A DNA stretch of 50,707 nucleotides from Candidatus Onthoplasma sp. GTDB lineage: Bacteria > Bacillota > Clostridia > Christensenellales > UBA1242. The stretch is taken from positions 1 through 50,707 of the forward strand of contig JAZLCR010000019.1 of the NCBI GenBank assembly GCA_045614345.1. Reading direction: 5' to 3'. Each line of letters opens with the position of its first letter. The first letter of the stretch is position 1. Below the pieces are notes generated by a model. The model was not told where the DNA came from, did not search any database, and saw only the letters and a list, made by a program, of their open reading frames with translations. Made by a program: the position numbers and the translations under genes. Shown in pieces: positions 1 through 8,185 of the stretch.

Positions 1-51
1 GTTGATTATTGTGAACGACTTAGCGAATGCGTTAAGTGAACAATAACGACT

Positions 52-408
52 CTACTTAGCTAAAGCTTTTTTTGCAGTTTCAACAAGTTTTGCAAATGCG
101 TTTGCATCTGTTGCAGCAAGGTCTGCCAAAACTTTTCTGTTAAGTTCAACATTAGCTTTGTTCAATCCATTGATGAATTGGCTGTAGCTAATTGAGTTAA
201 CTCTACAAGCAGCGTTGATACGAGTGATCCACAAAGATCTCATATCACGTTTCTTTAACTTACGACCAACGTAAGCGTATTGACCAGATTTCATAACAGC
301 TTCACGAGCAACTCTGTAAAGTTTAGATTTTGCTCCTCTGTAACCTTTCGCTTGCTTTAAGATTGCTCTACGTTTTTTAACACCATTAACAGCACGTTTA
401 ATTCTCAT
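52..408 (-). CDS. rplT: 50S ribosomal protein L20
   Basis: 118-aa basic ORF ([14 protein letters not shown]...[12 protein letters not shown]...) typical of bL20. It is the last gene of the conserved infC-rpmI-rplT order, 10 nt after rpmI. Confidence 0.95.
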   Translation of the reverse strand: MRIKRAVNGVKKRRAILKQAKGYRGAKSKLYRVAREAVMKSGQYAYVGRKLKKRDMRSLWITRINAACRVNSISYSQFINGLNKANVELNRKVLADLAATDANAFAKLVETAKKALAK

Positions 409-418
409 GTTTCGCCTC

Positions 419-607
419 CTACATCATAGCCTTGATGTTTCTTTCATATTGTTTAGAAACATAAGCAGCTTTCTTTAAATTTCTTTTTCTTTTTCTTGTT
501 TTCTTTGTTAAAATGTGGTTTTTGCCATCACGAGCACGTTTGATTTTACCAGTTCCAGTAAGGCTAAAACGTTTTGCAACAGCTTTTTTAGTTTTCATTT
601 TTGGCAT
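419..607 (-). CDS. rpmI: 50S ribosomal protein L35
   Basis: 62-aa very basic ORF starting [14 protein letters not shown], the characteristic bL35 N-terminus. GGAGA SD upstream; lies between infC and rplT. Confidence 0.93.
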   Translation of the reverse strand: MPKMKTKKAVAKRFSLTGTGKIKRARDGKNHILTKKTRKRKRNLKKAAYVSKQYERNIKAMM

Positions 608-667
608 AATATTTCTCCTTATATAATCATTAATATTTTTGTAAAATTAGGTTCTTTAAAGTGGGTT

Positions 668-1183
668 TTACTTCTTTGTTGAAACTGGTGACAAGAACAT
701 GAAGATATTTCTTCCTTGAACTTCAGGTTTTTTGTCAACTTGACCAACACTAGCACACAATTCAGCAAACTTATTCATGTTATCAATTCCGATTTGTGGA
801 CGAATTTGAATTCTTCCCTTCATACGAATACTAACTTTAACTTTGCTTCCTTCTGCTAAAAATTTGCAAACTTGTTTTGCTTTAATTTCAAGGTCGTGAT
901 CATCAATATTCATTGAAAGTCTCATTTCCTTAGTTTCTGCAACTTTTTGTGCTTTCTTTTGCTCTTTAAGTTTTTTCATTTCATCAAACTTATATTTGCT
1001 GTAATCCATCACCTTGCAAACGGGTGGTTTTGCAGCTGGAGCAATTAGAACAAGATCTAATTCCTCATTTTGAGCAATTTCTAATGCTTTAGCACTGCTC
1101 ACAATGCCGAGTTGCTCACCATTCGCACCAATAAGACGAACTTCTGGTAAAACAATTTGTTCATTTTTAAGTGTTTCTTTCAA
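668..1183 (-). CDS. infC: translation initiation factor IF-3
   Basis: 171-aa ORF with IF-3 N- and C-domain motifs (EVRLIGANGEQLGIV, ALEIAQNEELDLVLI, KPPVCKVMDYSKYKF, KEMRLSMNIDDHDLEIK). The start is TTG at 1181-1183, preceded by AGGAGGG. Non-AUG starts are the rule for infC. Confidence 0.93.
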   Translation of the reverse strand: MKETLKNEQIVLPEVRLIGANGEQLGIVSSAKALEIAQNEELDLVLIAPAAKPPVCKVMDYSKYKFDEMKKLKEQKKAQKVAETKEMRLSMNIDDHDLEIKAKQVCKFLAEGSKVKVSIRMKGRIQIRPQIGIDNMNKFAELCASVGQVDKKPEVQGRNIFMFLSPVSTKK

Positions 1184-1189
1184 TTTCCC

Positions 1190-1320
1190 TCCTGCTCATT
1201 AAAAAATGAGTTCTAAACGTAAAAGAACCCACTCCAAAAAATTACATATATTAAAATCGTAATTTTAAGACCATTGTCGCGCATTTGCTTCAAGGTGAGA
1301 AGTGGAACTCCTACTTTTAC
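1190..1320 (-). promoter_or_regulatory. L20-leader-like transcription attenuator upstream of infC
   Basis: About 130-nt untranslated leader between a consensus-like promoter and infC. It ends in a terminator hairpin (minus strand GAGTGGGTTCT-TTTACGTTT-AGAACTC followed by TTTTTT, about 1201-1236). An upstream GGAGTTCCACT segment could pair alternatively with AGTGGGTTC. The position matches the Firmicute L20 leader, but this was not verified with a covariance model. Confidence 0.45.
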
Positions 1321-1326
1321 GACTTC

Positions 1327-1355
1327 ATATTAACACAAAGATTTTCCATTGTCAA
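1327..1355 (-). promoter_or_regulatory. sigma-A type promoter for the infC operon
   Basis: Minus strand reads TTGACA (1350-1355), a 17-nt spacer, then TAATAT (1327-1332). Confidence 0.5.
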
Positions 1356-1373
1356 GTGTTTAATAAAATTATT

Positions 1374-2039
1374 TTAATTTTTTCTCATTTTCAAAATTGA
1401 ATAAGCAAGCAGGAATTCGGCAGGATAATAGGTTGTCAAACACAACACCAAAAATACACCACTCACATCAGCAAAAACATTAAATAACAACATAAAATCT
1501 GACATGAAGAACAACACGCTTCCAACTAAAATTATAAGATTTAACGTTGACTTGTTTTTCACAAAATTTGCAACTGCTTTTCCAACCATAATTGAAATAA
1601 CAAGCGCGTAAACACAGCATAAAATTTGAAGTGTTCCCCCACCAAAATCAAAGATTGGAACGAATAGGATTATGCTTAAACTTGGAATAAATATTAGTGC
1701 ACTATAAATCAAATCTTTCCAGTTGAATTTTGATAATTTGCAGTATGATATGAAATAAAACACATGACCAACCGCAAAGAATATTGCTCCAATAACAAAC
1801 TGAATTTCAAGCAAAATGTCACCCAAACAAGCAAAACACAAACCAATGAATAATAGATATGATGGTAATGATTTATGCTTTTCAACCTTAAGCAAATAAA
1901 TCAAGTTCACAAGTCCGATTGCAACAAAAATTAAACTCGCTATTGTTTTAATTGTTAGACCACCATCAACAATAAAGAAAACATCTGCAACAAGCAATAA
2001 ACCCAGCATAACAATATTAAAAATATTAATTTTTTTCAT
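1374..2039 (-). CDS. YhhN-family (lysoplasmalogenase-like) integral membrane protein
   Basis: 221-aa polytopic membrane ORF with YhhN-like motifs (CFACLGDILLE, FAVGHVFYFISY). Starts 12 nt downstream of the alcohol dehydrogenase gene. Confidence 0.6.
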   Translation of the reverse strand: MKKINIFNIVMLGLLLVADVFFIVDGGLTIKTIASLIFVAIGLVNLIYLLKVEKHKSLPSYLLFIGLCFACLGDILLEIQFVIGAIFFAVGHVFYFISYCKLSKFNWKDLIYSALIFIPSLSIILFVPIFDFGGGTLQILCCVYALVISIMVGKAVANFVKNKSTLNLIILVGSVLFFMSDFMLLFNVFADVSGVFLVLCLTTYYPAEFLLAYSILKMRKN

Positions 2040-2051
2040 ACTTTTACTCCC

Positions 2052-3251
2052 CTATTTTTTAATTAGATAATAAACATTTCTTAAAGCTCTGGCTGTCATA
2101 AGTTTTGGAACTGGATATAAAGGATTTGCTTCTTTTGCTGCAATTTTTGCAAGATGTTCAATGTCAGATTCAACAATATTATCAATTTTAGTTGGAATGC
2201 CCATATTTTTGTTCATATTATCAATCTTTTGAATTACAATTTTAGCCCCTGCTTTTTTAGAAGTGTTTTTATTAAACAATCCAGTGTAAATACCGATTTC
2301 CCAAAGTTTTTTATATACAGATTTACCATACATCCTCAAAACATATGGCATAATAATGGCATTTGCTAAACCATGTGGAACATTATACTTTCCGCCCAAA
2401 GTATGTGCAACTGCATGAATATATCCCACATAAGATTTTGTGAATGCAAGTCCAGCAAGATATGATGCCTTTAACATATTGTCTCTAGCCACATAGTTTG
2501 TTCCATCATTATATGCTATCTCTAAGTTTTCAAAAATCAATTTGATAGCCTTAAGAGCATTTTTTCTTGTTCCCTTTGTTGTGCTTCGACCTATAAACGC
2601 TTCAATTGCATGCGTTAGCGCATCCATTCCGGTTGTTGATGTTATATGTTTTGGAAGCCCAAGTGTTAATTTTACATCAAGAAGCGCATATTCTGGAATT
2701 AGATCAAAATCGTTAATTGTATATTTGTGGTGCGTTTTGCTGTCCGTTATAACCGCGGTAACAGTTGCTTCACTTCCCGTTCCCGCAGTTGTTGGAATTG
2801 CAATTAGAATTGGTAACCTGTGATTAACTTTTAAAAGCCCTGCCATATCATTTAATGATTTTTTAGGGCAAGATACTCTAGCACCAAGTGCTTTTGCACA
2901 ATCCATTGCTGAACCGCCACCAAATGCAATTATAGAATCGCATCTGTTGTTTTTAAACATTTCAAGTGCTTCACTAACATTGTCTGTTGTTGGATTTGGA
3001 ACTGTTCCATCATAAATGGTAACTTTAAATTGGTTTTCATTTAAAACGTTTTCCAATTCTTGTGTTAATCCAATGTTTCTGATTCCTTTATCTGTAACAA
3101 TAATAATATTGTTTTTATCATTTTCTTTCAATGCATAAACAAGATCATTATAATCTTTCAATAAAACCGGTTCCCTATATGGGAACATTGGCAAAAAGAT
3201 TTTAAAAATCCCTTGATAAAGTCTGCTATAAAATTTACTAAAAATATTCAT
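2052..3251 (-). CDS. iron-containing (group III) alcohol dehydrogenase
   Basis: Fe-ADH motifs are present: AFGGGSAMDCAKA, PTTAGTGSE, and His-rich metal-site segments (DALTHAIEA, HAVAHTLGG). The ORF track starts at 3296, but the ATG at 3249-3251 (MNIFSKF...) is preceded by GAGGGA, so that start is preferred. Confidence 0.85.
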   Translation of the reverse strand: MNIFSKFYSRLYQGIFKIFLPMFPYREPVLLKDYNDLVYALKENDKNNIIIVTDKGIRNIGLTQELENVLNENQFKVTIYDGTVPNPTTDNVSEALEMFKNNRCDSIIAFGGGSAMDCAKALGARVSCPKKSLNDMAGLLKVNHRLPILIAIPTTAGTGSEATVTAVITDSKTHHKYTINDFDLIPEYALLDVKLTLGLPKHITSTTGMDALTHAIEAFIGRSTTKGTRKNALKAIKLIFENLEIAYNDGTNYVARDNMLKASYLAGLAFTKSYVGYIHAVAHTLGGKYNVPHGLANAIIMPYVLRMYGKSVYKKLWEIGIYTGLFNKNTSKKAGAKIVIQKIDNMNKNMGIPTKIDNIVESDIEHLAKIAAKEANPLYPVPKLMTARALRNVYYLIKK

Positions 3252-3313
3252 AAATCCCTCTAAATATACTTTAATCAATAATAAAAAATTAGTCAAGAAA
3301 ATAATGTGTTGTG

Positions 3314-3341
3314 TAAAAAATAAGGCACTTGCCTTATTTTT
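3314..3341 (-). terminator. rho-independent terminator after the HD hydrolase gene (end of the thrS operon)
   Basis: TAAGGC-ACTT-GCCTTA stem-loop flanked by A and T runs. On the minus strand the hairpin is followed by TTTTTT, 2 nt after the stop codon at 3343. Confidence 0.7.
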
Positions 3342-3342
3342 G

Positions 3343-3864
3343 TTAGTTTTTATATTTCCTTTTCATCTTCTTCATATCATCGTAATATTCTTTTCCGTTT
3401 GATTTGAACTCTTCAAACAATTCCGGTTTATTATATATATCTGAATACACTTTGCTTTGCAATACACAATCAAATTTATCTAATTTCTTAACAAATTGTG
3501 CTTCTGGAGTTTTATTTTCTTCAAATTCAAGCCAAAGTTCTAGAATTTCAGGCATTTCATATTCTTCTGAAATTCGAGTTACACCAATTAATTCTTTTTG
3601 ATATTTTTCTTTTCGGTCAATATTATCAACCGGAGTTATATCTCCTGTGTCGATTTCTCCCAACTCATGATAAGAAATCATTTTAAGAACTTTTAATTGA
3701 TCCAATTTGAGATCATTTTTACTCATAATTTCCAATGCAAGCATAATCATAGAATAACAATGCTCAGCATCGCTTTCTGTTCTGTTTGGAATATCTCTCA
3801 TTGTCCAACCACGACGCAGCAAATTTTTCATTTTAAAAATCTCATCAAATAATGTTTTTGTCAT
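3343..3864 (-). CDS. HD-domain phosphohydrolase (YfbR-like 5'-nucleotidase family)
   Basis: 173 aa with ESDAEHCYSM and YHELGEIDTGDITP (the H...HD...D metal ligand pattern). Strong SD (AAGGAGGGG). Starts 22 nt after the thrS stop. Confidence 0.8.
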   Translation of the reverse strand: MTKTLFDEIFKMKNLLRRGWTMRDIPNRTESDAEHCYSMIMLALEIMSKNDLKLDQLKVLKMISYHELGEIDTGDITPVDNIDRKEKYQKELIGVTRISEEYEMPEILELWLEFEENKTPEAQFVKKLDKFDCVLQSKVYSDIYNKPELFEEFKSNGKEYYDDMKKMKRKYKN

Positions 3865-3886
3865 ATCCCCTCCTTAAAAGAAAGTC

Positions 3887-5665
3887 TTAAACTTCGAGTG
3901 TTTTGCTATCAATTTTTTCGATCAATTGACATTCAAATTCATTATAGCTCATTGAAACAGTGTCTTTGCTTCCACGTGCTCGAACTGCAACACCCTCTTC
4001 TGACATTTCTTTATCGCCAAGAACTAAAACATATGGAGATTTTGTCATAACAGCATTTCTTATTTTCTTACCGACACTTTCATTGCTTAAATCAACTTCA
4101 ACTCTAACACCTTTTGCTTGAAGTTTTGATTGAACTTTACGTGCATAATCATTGTTATTGTCGCTTACCGTGATGATTTGAACTTGAGTTGGAGCAAGCC
4201 AGCATGGGAAAGCCCCCGCATATTTTTCAATCAAGTATGCTAATGTTCTTTCATAACAACCAATACTTGTTCTATGAATAATATATGGATTTTTCTTTGT
4301 TCCATCTCTATCTGTATATTCCATTCCAAATTTTTCTGCTAACAATTGGTCGATTTGAATTGTGATAAGAGTGTCTTCTTTGCCCCAAACATTTCTAATT
4401 TGAATGTCTAGTTTTGGGCCATAGAAAGCTGCTTCACCAACTCCCACTTCATAAGGAATTTCAAGATTGTCAAGAATGTCTTTCATGATACCTTGAGCCT
4501 CATTCCACTGTTCATCAGTTCCAATATATTTAGCTCTGTTTTCAGGATCCCATTGTGAGAATCGATAAGATGCATCTTCATATAATCCAAGAGTTTTAAG
4601 CATATAAATGGCTAATTCCAAACAGCTTCTAAATTCTTGTTCAAGTTGATCTGGAGTACACATTAAGTGACCTTCAGAAATTGTGAATTGACGAACACGA
4701 ATAAGTCCATGCATTTCACCGCTATCTTCATTTCTAAAAAGTGTTGATGTTTCGTTATAGCGAAGCGGTAAATCCTTATAAGATCTTGCTTGATTTAAAT
4801 ATGCTTGATATTGGAATGGACAAGTCATTGGGCGAAGCGCAAACACTTCTTTATCCTTATTTTCATCACCAAGAACAAACATACCGTCCTTATAGTGATC
4901 CCAGTGACCAGAAATTTTATATAGATCACTCTTTGCCATAAATGGAGTTTTTGTTAAGAGCCAACCACGCTTTTGTTCTTCATCTTCAACAAAACGTTGT
5001 AACAATTGAACAATTCTTGCACCTTTTGGAAGTAAAATTGGCAAACCTTGACCAATATAGTCAACAGTTGTGAATAATCCTAATTCTCGACCGAGTTTAT
5101 TGTGATCACGTTTTAACGCTTCTTCCATTTGATTTACATAATTTTTAAGATCATTTTTATCAAGGAAACCGAAAACGTAAACTCTTGTTAACATCTTATT
5201 CTTTTCACTTCCTCTCCAATAAGCACCGCTTGCTCTATTAATTTTAAAAGCAAAACCACGCAAAAATTTTGTATTTTCAACATGTGGACCACGACACAAA
5301 TCGATAAAATCTTCGCCTGTTTTATATGCAGTTATAATTTCACCTTCTGGTAATTCATTAATTAATTCTGTTTTATATGGCTCATCTTTGAACATTTGAA
5401 GCGCTTCTTGTTTGCTTACTTCTAAACACACAAAATCTTCATTTTTATTAATAATTTCACGCATTTTGTCTTCAATTTTACCAAAATCTTCTGGTGAAAT
5501 TGAAACATTGTCAAAATCATAGTAAAAACCATTGTCAATAGCTGGACCAATTGCCAATTTTACGTTTGGATATAATTGTTTGATTGCTTTTGCAAGAATA
5601 TGGCTCATGCTGTGACGATACATTTCTTGCTTTTTATTTAATTCTTCTAATTCTTCTTTTTCCAT
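3887..5665 (-). CDS. thrS: threonine--tRNA ligase (no N-terminal TGS domain)
   Basis: 592 aa. Editing-domain HxxxH (RHSMSHILAKAI) sits near the N-terminus, followed by a class II core (FRNEDSGEMHGLIRVRQFT, GEAAFYGPKLD) and a C-terminal anticodon-binding domain. Confidence 0.95.
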   Translation of the reverse strand: MEKEELEELNKKQEMYRHSMSHILAKAIKQLYPNVKLAIGPAIDNGFYYDFDNVSISPEDFGKIEDKMREIINKNEDFVCLEVSKQEALQMFKDEPYKTELINELPEGEIITAYKTGEDFIDLCRGPHVENTKFLRGFAFKINRASGAYWRGSEKNKMLTRVYVFGFLDKNDLKNYVNQMEEALKRDHNKLGRELGLFTTVDYIGQGLPILLPKGARIVQLLQRFVEDEEQKRGWLLTKTPFMAKSDLYKISGHWDHYKDGMFVLGDENKDKEVFALRPMTCPFQYQAYLNQARSYKDLPLRYNETSTLFRNEDSGEMHGLIRVRQFTISEGHLMCTPDQLEQEFRSCLELAIYMLKTLGLYEDASYRFSQWDPENRAKYIGTDEQWNEAQGIMKDILDNLEIPYEVGVGEAAFYGPKLDIQIRNVWGKEDTLITIQIDQLLAEKFGMEYTDRDGTKKNPYIIHRTSIGCYERTLAYLIEKYAGAFPCWLAPTQVQIITVSDNNNDYARKVQSKLQAKGVRVEVDLSNESVGKKIRNAVMTKSPYVLVLGDKEMSEEGVAVRARGSKDTVSMSYNEFECQLIEKIDSKTLEV

Positions 5666-5715
5666 TTTGTTTTTCTCCTTATATAAATTGTTTTATTTTA
5701 AATTTAAGTTTAAAT

Positions 5716-5970
5716 TTACGAACGCTCCTTAATTTGTTTTAATGCTGTTGCAAGCTGATCTGGACAACTGGTTGGTCTAAACCCACAAGTTATACCTTGA
5801 AGTTTTTCAATCACTTCTTCAACTCTCATACCCTTTACAAGACTACTAATTCCTTTGGTGTTGCCGTTGCAACCACCAATAAAGGTCACGTTTTCAATTA
5901 TTCCATTATCATCAACATCAATTATAATTTGCTTGCTACACGTTCCTTTTGTGTTATATATATGTTGCAT
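5716..5970 (-). CDS. TSCPD-domain small protein (4-Cys, TIGR03905-like)
   Basis: 84 aa containing KGTCS, FIGGCNGN, GITCGFRPTSCPDQLA; the TSCPD motif is literally present. Confidence 0.8.
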   Translation of the reverse strand: MQHIYNTKGTCSKQIIIDVDDNGIIENVTFIGGCNGNTKGISSLVKGMRVEEVIEKLQGITCGFRPTSCPDQLATALKQIKERS

Positions 5971-5984
5971 AAATTTTCTCCTTA

Positions 5985-6653
5985 TTAATTTTTCTTTCGA
6001 TTGATAACAATTTCGCTAACTTCGATTTGTTTTGGCAAATTTAAGGTGTAAAGCATAATTTTTGCAATATCTTCAGGTTTCATCCATTCATTCGGGTTTT
6101 CTAATTTTTTACCTGTTTGCTTTTCGTGCATTTTGGTGTTCATTCCACCAACATTTAATTGAATAACACGTGAAGAATAGTTTGCTAGTTCCAATTGTAA
6201 ATTAAAACTTGTTCCTCTAAGAGCCCACTTTGATGTTGTGTAAGCCAATTGATCTTTATAACCTTGTTTTAAACCAATAGTTGAACCAACATTTATTATA
6301 TCAGCACCATTTTCTTTGATTAAATCAATCAATTGTGAACTTAAAAACATTGGTGCTATAGTGTTAATTTTAATCAAAGTATCCAACATTTTATAAGTTA
6401 TTTTATTTAGTTCTTGAACGCCTGGAACACCAGCACAATTAATTAAAGCGTCAAATGAGCCATACCTTTCTTTTATTGTGTTACAAGCGTTAATCATTGA
6501 CTCTTCATTTGTTAAATCAGTTGGAATAAATTGACATTCATAACTTGGTTTTGTTCTGCAAAGTGCCACAATCTCAATATTATTTTGTAAACACAATTCT
6601 GCAAATTTTTTACCTAATCCATCACTTGCGCCTGTTAATATAATTCTTTTCAT
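5985..6653 (-). CDS. short-chain dehydrogenase/reductase, YdfG-like (3-hydroxy acid / Ser / allo-Thr dehydrogenase-like)
   Basis: 222 aa with TGASDGLGK (TGxxxGxG), NCAG, IINVGST and YTTSK (YxxxK). By eye the C-terminal half resembles E. coli YdfG (IINIGST...YGATK...TPEDV). GGAGG SD. Confidence 0.8.
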   Translation of the reverse strand: MKRIILTGASDGLGKKFAELCLQNNIEIVALCRTKPSYECQFIPTDLTNEESMINACNTIKERYGSFDALINCAGVPGVQELNKITYKMLDTLIKINTIAPMFLSSQLIDLIKENGADIINVGSTIGLKQGYKDQLAYTTSKWALRGTSFNLQLELANYSSRVIQLNVGGMNTKMHEKQTGKKLENPNEWMKPEDIAKIMLYTLNLPKQIEVSEIVINRKKN

Positions 6654-6667
6654 ATTAAATCCTCCAT

Positions 6668-6895
6668 AAAAAAATCCCTTGGACTAAAAATCCAAGGGAC
6701 GATTAAACTTAAACCGTGGTTCCACCCTAATTAATAATAGCAAAAACTATTATTCACTTATTTTACAAGAATATCACTTGCGTTGACCTAATTGGTGGTT
6801 TCGCTTACAAGTTTGATGTGCAAATTCCAGCCAACATGCACTCTCTCTTAACAGGGACTCATAACCTACTTGTCCAAAAAGTAGCCTATTAAACT
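6668..6895 (-). promoter_or_regulatory. T-box riboswitch leader, threonine specifier (ACC)
   Basis: The minus strand shows an AGAGAG (GA/K-turn) motif and a specifier loop GCGAA-ACC-ACC-AA (ACC at 6797-6799, repeated at 6794-6796). It also has the conserved T-box sequence AATTAGGGTGGAACCACGG (6711-6729). A terminator follows: TCCCTTGGA-TTTTTAG-TCCAAGGGA plus TTTTTTT (6668-6699), directly ahead of the SDR SD. Confidence 0.85.
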
Positions 6896-6901
6896 GTCTT
6901 T

Positions 6902-6930
6902 AGTTTAAATCAATAACATTTAAAAGTCAA
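6902..6930 (-). promoter_or_regulatory. sigma-A type promoter for the T-box leader
   Basis: Minus strand reads TTGACT (6925-6930), a 17-nt spacer, then TAAACT (6902-6907). An A-rich tandem ATTGGAAAA repeat lies just upstream. Confidence 0.5.
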
Positions 6931-7051
6931 CACTTTTTCCAATTTTTCCAATTTTTTTCTTGAACGAAAATTAGATTGTTCAAACAATTTAATGTGATTT
7001 TTAATTATTTTGCATCAATGCATACCCCCCAATAATATGTTTAGTGAGCAA

Positions 7052-7879
7052 CTAGTGAGTCCCTTTTGAATATATTTTAAGTCGATTGGTGAAAACATTA
7101 CTTAGAAAGCTTACCGCTTCACTGTTTTGGTCTGTTGAGAGATAAACATCCACATAGTTTGGGCAAAAGTTTAAAACATTTGTTATTAATTCTAATGTGT
7201 TATCACATTCTGCGACCTTTTTTAATCTGTCGTTTTTATTTTTTATGTTATAAATCTTAAACATATTCTCATCACAAACTATTTTAACTTTATAATTATC
7301 ATTATCCATAGAATTGATCAAAAAACGAATTATATCTTCAAAAGTTTGTGAATTAAAAAGTGTTATATTGTCACTGCTTAGATTTGCCAAATTTTTCCAA
7401 TGAGTTTTAAGGGGAGTTAGTCTGAACTCTAAAAAACTATCAATGAAAAATGTTTGATTAAACATAATTATATCTTTTAGAGCATTTACATCTGTTGCTT
7501 TATCAAACATTGAAAGAACTTTAACATAAGCATTGAATGCAAGTGTGTTATCTAGCGAAGTTTTAATCATTTTTTTTATAAAGTTAACTTTGTAAATTGT
7601 TTCAATATAGTCAATTATTGCATCCCTGATTATCTCCTCACATACAAGGACAAACTCTTTGTCGCAAGCAAATAAAAGATAACAAAAATTATTGTCACAA
7701 TAATTAGTTATTATAGTTTTACAAAAATCCATTTTGCTTTTTATGTTCATTTGCAAAAAGTCTACAACATGTTTATTTTCAACCCTTACCGCTAGGGCAA
7801 TTTCTCTCATATATACCTCTATAGTATCATATGCACAAGATGAAAATTTACTCTTAAAAAAATTAGCAATTTTTGACAT
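7052..7879 (-). CDS. hypothetical protein, possibly YtxC-like (positional inference only)
   Basis: About 275-aa soluble ORF immediately upstream of the thrS leader. This is the position and size of ytxC in Bacillus and Clostridia. I could verify no diagnostic motif by eye. ATG at 7877-7879 is preferred over the GTG at 7882; no clear SD. Confidence 0.5.
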   Translation of the reverse strand: MSKIANFFKSKFSSCAYDTIEVYMREIALAVRVENKHVVDFLQMNIKSKMDFCKTIITNYCDNNFCYLLFACDKEFVLVCEEIIRDAIIDYIETIYKVNFIKKMIKTSLDNTLAFNAYVKVLSMFDKATDVNALKDIIMFNQTFFIDSFLEFRLTPLKTHWKNLANLSSDNITLFNSQTFEDIIRFLINSMDNDNYKVKIVCDENMFKIYNIKNKNDRLKKVAECDNTLELITNVLNFCPNYVDVYLSTDQNSEAVSFLSNVFTNRLKIYSKGTH

Positions 7880-7909
7880 CACAACATAGAGTGTAATGAG
7901 GTGTTTAAC

Positions 7910-8101
7910 ATGTTATATCATTTCTTTTACAGAATAGGTTGTTGCAACTGTGTTAAATTAACAAATTTAAGTTATTTCCCTGAATTTTCATATACTTTTA
8001 TACAGTGTAGGGACACTAGAAACAATCGTTGTTGCAATCATTTTAAAAATCAATATAATATCTTTAATAATTTCAGCGACTTTAATTTTGAAACTTTTTA
8101 A
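7910..8101 (+). CDS. candidate small Cys/aromatic-rich protein (63 aa)
   Basis: GAGGTG SD (7898-7903) sits 6 nt before the ATG at 7910. The frame stays open for 63 codons in AT-rich intergenic DNA, and the stop at 8099-8101 is followed by the terminator at 8120-8150. Six Cys residues (CCNC...C...CC). No family recognised and no room for its own promoter outside the neighbouring gene. Confidence 0.2.
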   Translation: MLYHFFYRIGCCNCVKLTNLSYFPEFSYTFIQCRDTRNNRCCNHFKNQYNIFNNFSDFNFETF

Positions 8102-8119
8102 CGACTCTATTTAATAAAA

Positions 8120-8150
8120 CAAAAAAAAGGCATAGCCTATGCCTTTTTTA
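8120..8150. terminator. bidirectional rho-independent terminator
   Basis: AAAAAAAAGGCAT-AGCCT-ATGCCTTTTTT. Serves the minus-strand gene ending at 8186 and any plus-strand transcript from 7910. Confidence 0.7.
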
Positions 8151-8185
8151 TTAACTAATACTTACTTTTGCGAACTGCAAGTGTA

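Noticed and set aside
2154-2823. Plus-strand ORFs 2154-2369 and 2542-2823 (71 and 93 aa)
   Set aside because: They lie antisense inside the alcohol dehydrogenase gene, whose minus-strand frame carries unmistakable Fe-ADH motifs. They have no SD and a low-complexity composition typical of shadow ORFs. The same reasoning applies to the other antisense or alternate-frame track ORFs inside thrS, ftsZ, ftsA, murA, murD, mraY, murE, rsmH, dnaG, sigA and the giant protease gene.
6935-6990. Tandem ATTGGAAAA repeat and TTGAAC...GTTCAA inverted repeat upstream of the T-box promoter
   Set aside because: These are short, AT-rich, and sit at the position of an UP element. The inverted repeat has a 12-nt spacer, so it is not a Cheo box, and there is no evidence for a specific operator.
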